This document shows positions 53,544-64,000 of a stretch of DNA of 64,000 bases, piece after piece; positions within the stretch are counted from its first letter, which is position 1, and each line of letters begins with the position of its first letter. Both the position numbers and the translations under genes were made by a program. This stretch comes from Octopus sinensis (Eukaryota). The stretch spans positions 8,494,001 to 8,558,000 of the forward strand of contig NC_043022.1 of assembly GCF_006345805.1 (NCBI RefSeq). The letters are read 5' to 3'. The notes under the pieces were generated by a model that was not told the origin of the DNA, searched no databases, and saw only the letters and a list, made by a program, of their open reading frames with translations.

Positions 53544-54120
53544 TTTATCTCTACAGATTTTCTATAGAATTTGGAGCCAGCACTGAAGGTTACAACATTT
53601 CATATATGAATACATCTATGTAAACAATTCAATCGAAGATAGAAAAATATGCAAAGGGTGTATATACATAATTCAAGAGTTATTGCTTCTTCAGTACCAT
53701 TAACTATTCACAAAAACATTGCTTAAAAAAACCTCTAAGTTTAGTGGTGTAACACTATTAAATAAACCAATTTACATCTTCAACACATTCCTGGTAAGTG
53801 GTACATATATATGAATTGCTGGTAGGGACACAGTATTATGTTTTGCTACCATAATTGTTATGTGTGTACCAGTTGCTAGGAATGTATTTAGTATGTGAAT
53901 TGCTCCATCCAGTAGTGTTACACTACTAAACTTAGTAGCTATTTAAGCAATGTATTTGAGGATGTAGTGCTGAAGAAGGAGCAATAACTTCTGAAATATG
54001 CATATACACCTATTGCTTATTTTTCTGTCTTTGATCTCATTGTTTATATAGACATTTATATATGAAATGTCATAACTTTCATTGCTGGCTCTAAATTCTA
54101 TAGAAAATTTGTATAAATAA
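53544..54120. repeat. Old foldback with ~280-bp diverged arms and ~20-bp loop (53826-53845), hammerhead motif in each arm
   Basis: ATTTTCTATAGAATTT.GAGCCAGCA.TGAA is mirrored by TTCA.TGCTGGCTC.AAATTCTATAGAAAAT; CTAAGTTTAGT.GTGTAACACTA is mirrored by TAGTGTTACAC.ACTAAACTTAG. Confidence 0.88.
53967..54009 (+). ncRNA. Minimal type I hammerhead ribozyme motif
   Basis: GTG-CTGAAGA-AGGAG-CAATAA-CTTCT-GAAA-TATGCATA-TA-CAC. Stem III is the 10-nt palindrome ATATGCATAT. A decayed mirror copy lies at ~53657-53698 on the minus strand. Confidence 0.72.
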
Positions 54121-54660
54121 ACTGAAAACAATGCACCACTAACACAGAAGAAAGCAGTATTGACTTACAAACCTTTAATATACCTTGTAGTATATTATGG
54201 TTGCAAAACAAAATACTGTCTCCTACAAGAATATATCTATAGCGGGGTTGATTGGTACAGAATCTTGCCCCACTGCTTATCCCTTATTTTTTTGTGAGAT
54301 TTCTAAGTTGTTTAACTTTGTTCCATTATAGTTATGTAGACAAATGAACATTCTAATATAGCAGTAAATGTTCATGGAGTACTTTGGGATTATATCTCTC
54401 AACCTAAACATTTCAAAATGTCTTACTTCCAGCATATGTATGTCTCAGCTGTAATCAAGCAGTATTCTGCTGCTGTAATTCAATGTAAGCAAAACTGCAT
54501 ATTTCATCATCTTTTGCTGTAATACCAGTTATAAGTGATGACTTATAACAGCATTGAGAATGAATAAAACCAGCTCAACCCACCCCAGGTGAATGCTGTC
54601 TCAAGACAAGACAAGAAGAATACCAGTTATCTTTCTCACCACTCTGAACTTCTTCACTTG

Positions 54661-55056
54661 ACATCCACACTTCATTCTAAATATCGTCCACATTTTAAAT
54701 TGATACATCCATACTTCATTCTAAATATCGTCCACATTTTAAATTGATACATCCATACTTCATTCTAAATATCGTCCACATTTTAAATTGATACATCCAT
54801 ACTTCATTCTAAATATCGTCCACATTTTAAATTGATACATCCACACTTCATTCTAAATATCGTCCACATTTTAAATTGATACATCCATACTTCATTCTAA
54901 ATATCGTCCACATTTTAAATTGATACATCCATACTTCATTCTAAATATCGTCCACATTTTAAATTGATACATCCATACTTCATTCTAAATATCGTCCACA
55001 TTTTAAATTGATACATCCATACTTCATTCTAAATATCGTCCACATTTTACATTGAT
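54661..55056. repeat. Minisatellite, 9 x 44 bp (ACATCCATACTTCATTCTAAATATCGTCCACATTTTAAATTGAT)
   Basis: Period 44 and length 396 bp; the only variants seen are T>C in copies 1 and 5 and A>C in copy 9. Confidence 0.97.
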
Positions 55057-55799
55057 CAGAGAGTGCTACCAAATTATCTCCCCTTTTCCACCATCATACA
55101 TCTCACTCCCCTCCACGTGCACAACTTGTCTTCCCCCTCACATTCTTACAACCTACTCACCCACATGTTATCTCTCTTTTCTCCTATCCTTTTCTTATCT
55201 ACTATATCATTATTACTGTTCTACTGCTCTTTGTCTCTTTCTGTACTGTCAGTCATCACTTATTCTCCCCTATTTTCCCTACAACTTCTATGTATCAGCA
55301 ATCACCCATTACCTTGCCCACCATTTTCTACAGCCACGCCTCAACCCTACCCATTCTCTACAATCATCACTTACTCTGCCCTACCTTTTGCCCAATATGT
55401 ATTTATCATTGAGTACTCTTCAATTGTTATTTTACATTCATTATATTCATCCCTCACCCATTGTATAGACCTTTGCTCTCCCTATACAGTATTGTTATTT
55501 TTACTCACCTACAAAACTATTGATTATATTGACTTTTGAGATTGTTTAACCCATAGATTTATATAACAATATAAAGTGTCAAATTATTGATGCTGTTGTA
55601 GATTTAAGCCATATTTTCCAACTATAATTTATATATTTCAGTGGCATATCTGAAAATGGAAAATCAGTTCCTATGATCCTTTTAAGCATGTTTGTAACTG
55701 GTGGGAGGGAAAGATGATGTTACCCTCAGATTGGAGGCCTTGAACTTGTAACTAAGTGAATTCTGTTGAAATCAACCAGGAGTCAAGTATTGGTTTTAA

Positions 55800-56015
55800 C
55801 CCTTTAGCATTTAAACCAGCCATATCTGGTCCAAATACTTCACATGATTTATGTTCAAACCTGCCAGATCCAACCTGTCACACCTCCCCTACAATGTCAT
55901 TCTAACAAACATTACATCGTTGAAATTTCAAAGCTATGATATAATACATGATTAATTCTAAACAATGTGAATAAATAAGCATTACATTTGAGAGAGTCAT
56001 CTGAATGCTAAAGGG
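55800..56015. mobile_element. piggyBac-type MITE (216 bp); decayed partial copy at ~44461-44617
   Basis: TTAA|CCCTTTAGCATT ... AATGCTAAAGGG|TTAA. 12-bp perfect TIR, CCC/GGG termini, TTAA TSD. Confidence 0.9.
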
Positions 56016-59000
56016 TTAAACTAGGCAATGGATTAAGTCTACAGCTCAAGAGCAGGCAGCAGTTGATTGATTGCAGCTGCTTGGATGCTGACGATGGGAT
56101 ACAACTGACTGAACATTCAGCCTGTTTTGGTAGCAGTACATTTTGGTGTTGGAGGCAAACACATATGCACAAAAATTTACATATACAGATAGAAATTGTG
56201 AGAGACATTACTATTTGTTAATTGAACTCTCCTCATTCACATCATCAACATCATTTAACATCCATTCTCCGTGTTGGCATGGATAGGACAGTTTGACCAA
56301 AGCTGACAAGTAGGAGAGCTGCACCTGGTTCCTGTCTGATTTAGCTTGGTTTCTACAGCTGGATGCCCTTCCTAATAGCAACCACTTTACAGAGTGTGCT
56401 GGGGGATTTTTTATATGGCACAAGCATGGGAGATTTTTACATGGCACTAGCACAGGTGATTTTACATAGCGCTAGCACAGGGCTCTTGGAGGCCAGTCTT
56501 CTGCAGCAGAGGAACAGCATAAATAATTCTACTGTGGAGAACTGGTCTTCTTGCATATAGAAGAGAAATATACTTACACACATAGACTGAAAGAAAGAGA
56601 GAGAGAGGGGGGAGAAGGTGGGAAAAGAAGGAGGAATAGAAAAGCATTAAAATATCTGATGTCAAAATAAGTCATTTCATCAATGATGCCAAACAGCTGT
56701 ACCAAAATGTCTCATCATCCTTAGGGCATGAGATTTCACTGTGACAGGTTTCTCTCTACTGAATTTCACCTACAAATCTTTCATTGACCTGAGGATTGGA
56801 TAGATGACCCTTGCCCAAGGTACCACATAGTGGGAGCAAACTCAAAACCATGCTGTCACAAAGCTGATTTCTTAACCACTAAGCCATGTAGCATACTTAA
56901 TGTAGCAAGCCTCAGAAATCTCAATAGAAAATTTATGCAGTGATGAAAGCCACTGCATTATTTTGCTCATTTTAGTTCATACAATAGACAACTACAAGTA
57001 TGTTTCAATCTCTTTAAACCTTCTCTGCAATCTTTTTAACCATTGCTGTTAGTCATAAGTCCTTTTATTCTTATAGCTTCTTTCCTCAAACTGCTGCTCT
57101 TTGGAATTTACTACCCTCATCTTGTTTTCATGTGGTCTGTGATATTCAGTCCTTAAATTTTTCTGTCATTCAGCATCCTTTGAGTTTGTAGATCTGTTCT
57201 TTTCCTTCTCTGTAGTCCCTTACACTACAGTGGCACCAAGCCTTATTTGGGACAGAATTGTGTATAAAAGAAAAAAATCCACTTTATCAACTGCATAAGC
57301 CGCAATGAGATTTGAACCCAGAAAGTAAAGAACCAGAATAAATATTGATTTCAAATTTTGGCATAAGGCCAGAGAGTCAATTAGATCAACCCCAGTTCTC
57401 AACTGGTACTTATACTATTGGCTTTGAAAGAATGAAATGCAAAATTGATCTTGGTGGAATTTGTACTCTAAATATGAAGACTGACAAAATGCCACTAAGA
57501 GTTTTGCTTGGCATACTACTTTGCTGCTTAAGTATGGTAAGACCAAACTTACAAAATTGCAGCAATGAGAGAATTATTATGTAGATATACAATACTGTAT
57601 ACAAATAGGCATGCCTATATTGTCTTTTATTGATGGTTAAATGTAGGCTTATTACAGCTAGAAATATATTTTGCATTTCAAGAGAAAAATCTTAGCAACT
57701 TTGAAAATATATATTTGAAAGTGTTTTGTATTTTTGCTTTTTTTTTGAAAATTATATTAACTGAGAGTGAAATTATAATAGTCAATTTTCAAAATGATTC
57801 TAGACATAACAAATACAAGTTTGTCTGACCTAGAGTAAGGAATTTTCTGGTTATCCAAATATTGTTTTAGTGTGGTGTATGAGTGATTGATCAGTTGATT
57901 GATCTATTGCTTAAGGTTCATATTTAATGCAACACCAAGACTTTTGGCCTCATCAAAAATAGGAATGCTGGTGCCATTTAGACAGATGTTTTCAATAATA
58001 AATTAATCATATTTTTTCAGCGATGGGAAAGAACTTATTATTTCAGATATTTTGGCATTTCTTTGAAACATTGACCATTCATCCATTTATTGATATTTTA
58101 TTAATAATGGCCAAAATATCATTTTTGAGAGTTTTCTATAAGAAGTGGTGGAATGGTAGGGGAGATCTGGGACACGTGAAGGGTTCAGTGATCACCTGGG
58201 TAACCATAGACTACGAAAACAAGACCTTTTAGTTAAGGTATGAAAATTGTAAATGTAAATATTGATTTTTTTCCCTCTATTTACTTATTTTTTATTATTG
58301 TTATTTTTTATTATTGGCATGACGCCTCAGACTTATAGGTGAGTGGAGATAATAAAATTGTTCAATGTTGATGTCTTTCTCAAGAGTATTAACAATGCAA
58401 GTAAGCTGAAATAGATAGACTCAATTACTGAAACCAGAGCATAACAAGATCTCTATAAAACAGAAAAGAAAATAAGAAAAACAAAAAATAAAAGGAAAAG
58501 AAGTGACTGTAATAATATTTTTTTATTAGGGTAAAAATTATATTTATTTCACCCAATTTCAAATTGATTTTTTTCTGTTAAGGTGTCGGACCACATACTG
58601 ACCAGATTGCCAACGTTACTACTACAGATATTGCGTGTGCTTTGTCTGAATATTAATATAATTCTGCTACTTGCTCCAGCTGACCTGATTGACATAAAAC
58701 AGGTCCTAGGGAAGCAGATATGGCTATGTGGTTAAGGAGTTTAGTCCACAACCATGTGGCTTCAAAGTTCCAATTTTGATTACATTAAGGACCGAGATAT
58801 CTGGTACACTGCTGTACTCAAGAAGACTTGTCTTCCACAGTAGCATTGATGCTGGTGCTTGTGCCACATAAGAAGTACTTTCGCTGGTGCCACTTAAAAA
58901 GCGCTGGTACTTGTGCCACATTAAAAGTACTGGTGCCACATAAAAATCATTCAGTATACTCTGTGGAGTAGTTGGCATTAGGAAAGGCATCCAGCCATAG

Positions 59001-60241
59001 AAACCATGCTAGAGCAGACAATGTAGCCTGGTGCAACCCCTGGTCTTACCAACCCCAGTCAAATTGAAAAATGGATGTTAAATTATGATGATGATTATGT
59101 GTCTCTATGGATAGGGCACTTCTGTAGTCTTGGTTCACTAATATTTTGTGAGTAGGAATTTGTAGACTGAAACTGTATGGTTGCACATTGTGTATATATT
59201 TGTGTGTAGGAGATGGGGAGTACTAACAGATGGACAAAAAGCTAGATAGATGTATGTGGATGTGTTCATATATGTATATCTATATGAAAGAATACAGAAG
59301 AAAGAGATGAACAGACAGACACACAGATAGATGTGTGCATGTGTTTTTGTACATATACTTGTATAACTAGCTTAAATTGGTAAATTGAGCTTAGTGATAT
59401 TTATGTCCCTAAAAGATGTCACACAAATATAGGTGAACTTAGCTACTTAGCTTAGCGTTGACCAATACATCGTTAGTGAAATTTGGTAGGCACACACATC
59501 TATCTATCTCTATAACTGTTTGTACTTCACTCTCTCTCTCTCTCTCCCTCACACTGTTCAAGTCATCACACAATCATGGAAATTTGAATACAGAATATTA
59601 AAAAGAAAATTATATACATTATTATTATGATTACTAATTCCTGAATCCCTGACTATGCTTGTAAAGGAGTTTACATCTGACAGACATTGTTATGCATTTA
59701 AGAAGTTTGCTTTAATGACATGGTTTTGGATTTAGTCCAACTGTACAGCACGTTGGGCAAGTGTCAACCAAATCTTTGTGAGTGCATGGAAGTCTTTCAG
59801 CTTTTACTAGTTTCACTCATTGGACTGTGGCTATGATGAAGCAAATTGACCCCACCAATCTTAGTAAGTCCAGTATTTACTCTATCAGTCTCTTACTCAA
59901 CTGCTAAGTTATGGTGACATGAACAATCCAACTTTCTGCACTGCTGACGATTGGGTCATACCTGATATGTTCAAATTATGAATGCCAGGAACTCAGTTCC
60001 AGTTGATTTTTATATCCATAACCACCATGAGATGCATGTGCATTTCGGTTTGCATGACAATTGTTTGTGACTGTCACCCATGGCATTCAGTGCAGCTGCA
60101 TTTTGGCACTTCATTTCAGGGAAAGTTGAAATGATACCTGCAATTTGGGTCTCATCCCCAAAATAAATTTTCAGAATTTACCATATAAAAATGACATTTG
60201 AAAAAAACGTGTGTTTATTTTTTTTTTCATGTTTTGCATAA

Positions 60242-60618
60242 GCGCAGGAGTGGGTGTGTGGTAAGTAGCTTGCTTACCAACCACATGGTTCCGGGTTCAG
60301 TCCCACTGCGTGGCATCTTGGGCAACTGTCTTCTGCTATAGCCCTGGGCCGACCAATGCCTTGTGAGTGGATTTGGTAGACGGAAACTGAAAGAAGCCTG
60401 TCGTATATATGTGGTGACCCCCTTCGGTCAGACACTGACCATGGGTTTGCACCTAGAGAGTTACCCTCTAAGGCACAAGTCTGGGCAAGGTTGTTTTATG
60501 GAAGACCGGCAGTCGCCCAAGCATACCGGCCTCCCCTCTCCACGTCACCGATGTTGTCCAAGGGAAAGGCAAGGGCCGATACAGCTTGGCACCTGTGACG
60601 TTGCAACTCATTTCTACA

Positions 60619-60658
<40 letters not shown>

Positions 60659-60887
60659 GTATGTATGTGTGTATATGTTTGTGTGTCTGTGTTTGTCCCC
60701 CTAGCATTGCTTGACAACCGATGGTGGTGTGTTTACGTCCCCGTAACTTACCTGTTCGGCAAAAGAGACCGATAGAATAAGTACTGGGCTTACAAAGAAT
60801 AAGTCCCGGGGTCGATTTGCTCGACTAAAGGCGGTGCTCCAGCATGGTCACAGTCAAATGACTGAAACAAGTAAAAGAGTAAAGAGT
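60242..60887 (+). mobile_element. Young SINE family B with a family-F SINE nested in opposite orientation (~60410-60621)
   Basis: CpG-rich head GCGCAGGAGTGG.TGTGTGGTAAGTAGC..GGTTCAGTCCC and tail GTAAAAGAGTAAAGAGT. The insert sits in the internal TA tract and reverse-complements to 35650-35870. Confidence 0.92.
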
Positions 60888-61407
60888 ATATATATATATA
60901 TATACAGAGAGAATATATGTGTTATGTGTTGTAAAGCATAACATGTAATCAAAGTTCTGCTAAACACAGAGGAAATAAATTAAAAGATAATATAATGTTT
61001 CAACAAACAATTATGTAATCGTGGCAGTTAATTTGTCAAAATATGTGTATGTTTTATAAAGCATAAAATACTATATCACCATGAGAAGCAATTTATTTCT
61101 TGTCTTTCAAAGCTTCTTAGTTTGTGTGGTATAAACAACACTGGTTGTGTTTCAGTTAATTTTGGAAGCAATGCATAATGTGGTAACATAACTTTGTTGT
61201 TATGACACTGGTATTTGGAACATCAAATTAACATCAAATCTTGATTGAAGGTTTTAATTGAGTGTATTTAAGTACAGGAAATCTTTACCATGGACCTAGT
61301 GACAGTATCAGGCAAGCTGGTATCAGAAGACTCAAAACAATGTTTAAAGTGTGTGTATTTACATTATTTACATTTGATGGATATTTGTCCTCATCTTGTT
61401 TGTCGTT

Positions 61408-61453
61408 AACACAATGTTTCAGCTGATATATACTCCAGCATTCCTCAGGTGTC
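61408..61453 (-). ncRNA. Hammerhead ribozyme motif in the Penelope 3' terminal repeat
   Basis: GACAC-CTGAGGA-AT-GCTGG-AGTATATA-TCAGC-T-GAAA-CAT-T-GTGTT. Stem I GACAC/GTGTT; ACAT is one CpG-type transition from palindromic ACGT. Confidence 0.7.
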
Positions 61454-61518
61454 TTGAAGAAATTTTGAACTTGGGTTCTCATTCCTAAGGTATTTTTCAA
61501 TGTTATTATTATTATTCA

Positions 61519-61591
61519 GGTCACTGCCTGGAATCAAACTGGAAATCTTGGGGTTAGTAGCCCATGCTCTTAACCACTACGCCATATGCCC
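61519..61591 (-). promoter_or_regulatory. tRNA-like sequence (putative internal Pol III promoter) within the Penelope 3' region
   Basis: 73 nt: GGGCATATGGCGTAGTGGTTAAGAGC (A box TGGCGTAGTGG), anticodon-like arm GGG-CTACTAA-CCC, B-box-like AGTTTGATTCC. The acceptor stem pairs poorly, so it is not called a tRNA gene. Confidence 0.7.
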
Positions 61592-61629
61592 ATGGACAAT
61601 TATAAAGTGAATTTTAGGGCTTTTAAATC

Positions 61630-62157
61630 TAATATTTTCCTATCCTTCCTTAATACTGGTTCCCATATGCTATTCATATCTACACTCAGTCTGCTTAGGA
61701 GGTTGTTATGTCCTAGCATATGTGCTGCTTCTTTTAGTTTTCATATTTTCCTGTAGTGTTCTCTGTCTATTATTTTAACTTCATTCCACAGGGGGAGGTG
61801 GTCTCCATTCATCTATACAAGATCAGCTATACTTGATTTATCAATATCTCCTTGTGTCACAGCTTTGCAATGTTCCTCTACCCTTATTTTGAGGTGGTGG
61901 CATGTTTCGCCTTTGTATAACCTACCATAGCTGCATGGGATAGAGTACATGCAGTTTTTGGTCATATTCTCTTTTATTGTTGATTTTACCCGAAGGACAT
62001 ATTTGTGAAGTGTTGTATTACTCTTGAATACTGTCCTGATGTCATATGGGCCACATATCTTTTGTATCTTTTCAGAGAGCCCTTTCACATAGGGTAGACA
62101 GACTATAGACACTTTATTGGTTTCATCCTCTCTTTTATTCATAATTGGAGTAGACAA
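61630..62157 (-). pseudogene. Penelope linker and GIY-YIG endonuclease domain (interrupted by stops)
   Basis: LPYVKGLSEKIQKI..TVFKSNTTL..KNCMYSIPCSYGRLYKGET..LKIRVEEH..SSIADL, then past a stop WNEVKIIDRE..KLKEAAHM. Confidence 0.9.
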
Positions 62158-62159
62158 TA

Positions 62160-62832
62160 TGTTTTGGGGTAGTTGTTGCTTAATAGATTGTTACTTGAAC
62201 TTGATCATTTCTTTGTGGTGGGTATCACAATCACTACTTATATTCTTTGCTCGATGTTTTAGGCACTGAGCAATTCCTCTCTTTACACTGTATGGATGGT
62301 GGGAATTGAAGTTTAAGTATCATCCAGTGAAGGTCGGCTTGCAGTATATGGATGTCCTGAATCCATACTTGGTGTGTGTTATTAATACGTCCAGGAATGC
62401 TAGCTGATTGTCTTTTTCCTTCTCCATTGTCAACTGTGTGGATGGCTTTACTGAGTTCACATGATCTAACAGCACTTGGACATCTTCCTGGTGGGACCAG
62501 AGAATAAAGGTGTCACCAATATATCGCAGCCTTAGGGCTGGCTTTAGTGGTGTTGATCCTAAACCCAAATTCTCAAAGTATTCCATGTATATATTGGCTA
62601 TTATCGGTGATGAGTGCAAACCCATAGCTAAACCCTCTTCTTGCCGATATATATTAGTGTCCATACTGAAATAGGTACTTTCTACACAGAAGGTCCACAG
62701 ATCCATCAAGTTTCTTATTGGTATACTCGTGTGTTCTTTTAGATGAGTGTGTGTCACTAGTTTTTCTTGAATCACCAATAGTGCTTCACCAGTTGGGATT
62801 TTGGTGAACAGACTTATCACATCTACAACAAA
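62160..62832 (-). pseudogene. Penelope reverse transcriptase core and thumb (inactivated)
   Basis: DVISLFTKIP, YRQEEGLAMG..SPIIANIYME, RYIGDTF (catalytic YVDD altered), EKEKDNQLAFLDV, IYCKPTFTG*YLNFNSHHP. Confidence 0.93.
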
Positions 62833-64000
62833 CAAGATGAGGACAATTAGTCGTCAAATGTAAATAATGTAAATAATTCGTCATCTCTTAAATATAGACC
62901 TGTATTATTATTTACATGGTTGTAAAGGTGCATGGCCTAATGGTTAGGATCTTAAATTCACAATCACAAGATCATAATTTCAATTCCAAACTAGGCAGTG
63001 TGTTGTGTTTTGGAGCAAAGCACTTCATTTCACTTTGCTCCAGTTCATTCACCTATAAATGAGTAACCTCGCATTCAACTGGTATCCAGTTTCAAATAGT
63101 ACTTTTTTTACTATGTTACTATATAATCTTCAGTCATCACCAGATACTTTATTTTTGGATGTATACATACTATTAAATTAAACCCAAACTGGAAAACTTC
63201 ATTTCTAAAATTCCTTGTAAAGTTTATAGTAATATTCTTAAGTTAGAGCTAAAGGTTCTCTAGTTTAAATTCAATAAGAGATTGTAAAAACACCCAGGAA
63301 TAAGACACTTGAGAGCAATGTCAGATCAAAGTGATGGAAACATAGTAGAGATGTAAATATTGAAATATATCTCATCCATTTATGTATTGTGCTTAATGTA
63401 AATACATTGTGACATGTGAAATTTACTGTGGTATTGGATTTCATCTAAGCATTGCTGGCTGTGAGTATATGTTATTGATAACACCCAATGAGGTGGGAAA
63501 ACATCTCAGTTGGGGTGAGTTCCATCATCCTCCACTATGCACATATTGTGTTTCTAAACACAATGCATCTATTGGAGATATTATCTCTGGAGGAAAATTT
63601 TACTTAATGTATGTACATTGAATATGATAAAGAAATGGCTATTTTAATCTTATACTGCTTCTGTTGCACATAACATTTTTCATAATTTCCAAAGACATCA
63701 TTAATAGTTGTAAAAATTTGATTATGAACAATCTCAAATATTAAGATCTGTGGTTCACTCTAGGTCAATCAAAAAAATTTACTAGAATTCTTTGCACTGA
63801 AAGTTTTACAAAATATTTTAAAGTAAAAAATTTAGAAAAAATATATATAGAAAATTATTGGCTGGTTTTATTAATCATACTTAAATGTAAAATAATGAAT
63901 AAATTTTTTTTTCTTTCTCTCAGATATCTAAATATTAATATGGATTTGCTCTTCTAAAGAACTAAATTACATTTTTTTTAAAATTTGTAGCACACCATTT

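Larger units (their letters stand above)
61357..62874 (-). mobile_element. Penelope-like retroelement, 5'-truncated and decayed, with inverted terminal-repeat fragment
   Basis: RT and GIY-YIG remnants. 62825-62874 (ACAACAAACAAGATGAGGACAA..TCAAATGTAAATAATGTAAAT) is an inverted copy of the 3' end at 61357-61407. Confidence 0.93.

Noticed and set aside
54661-55056. CRISPR-like regular repeat
   Set aside because: Units are contiguous with no unique spacers, the context is eukaryotic, and there are no cas genes.
55052-55539. Overlapping 138-aa and 158-aa ORFs
   Set aside because: Pyrimidine-rich low-complexity DNA is depleted of stop codons; no recognisable motif and two frames are open at once.
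1696-60717. Numerous 60-125 aa ORFs rich in YI, HT, CV dipeptides
   Set aside because: They are translations of (TA)n/(CA)n/(TG)n microsatellites and SINE bodies, often open on both strands, with no domain signal.
63903-63960. Strong plus-strand splice-acceptor-like site (polypyrimidine tract, CAG at 63921-63923)
   Set aside because: No convincing coding sequence or donor follows before the window end; unsupported without transcript data.

Overview
AT-rich, repeat-dense eukaryotic DNA containing a 100-N scaffold gap (50102-50201). The tRNA-derived SINE families, the density of (TA)n/(CA)n microsatellites and the overall composition suggest a cephalopod (Octopus-like) genome; this is an inference from recognition, not from a search. 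I found no intact host gene, and almost all listed ORFs are microsatellite or SINE read-throughs. The recognisable protein-coding remnants are all transposon-derived: a decayed Penelope-like element (RT + GIY-YIG, 61357-62874, minus), a Helitron Rep/Hel N-terminal fragment split by a SINE, an RTE LINE 3' fragment and two Tc1/mariner fragments. There are also TTAA-flanked piggyBac-type non-autonomous elements, foldback repeats and a 9x44-bp minisatellite. The main signal is about a dozen minimal type I hammerhead-ribozyme (HHR) motifs (CUGANGA...GAAA-palindrome-UH) from several sequence-unrelated short non-coding families. Most lie in or beside (TA)n/(CA)n tracts, and several are arranged as outward-facing inverted pairs. 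The Penelope element itself carries a tRNA-like Pol III module directly upstream of its own HHR. Together these suggest a Penelope-mobilised, ribozyme-bearing, retrozyme-like element system. All alignments and folds were done by eye, so coordinates of decayed repeats are approximate.
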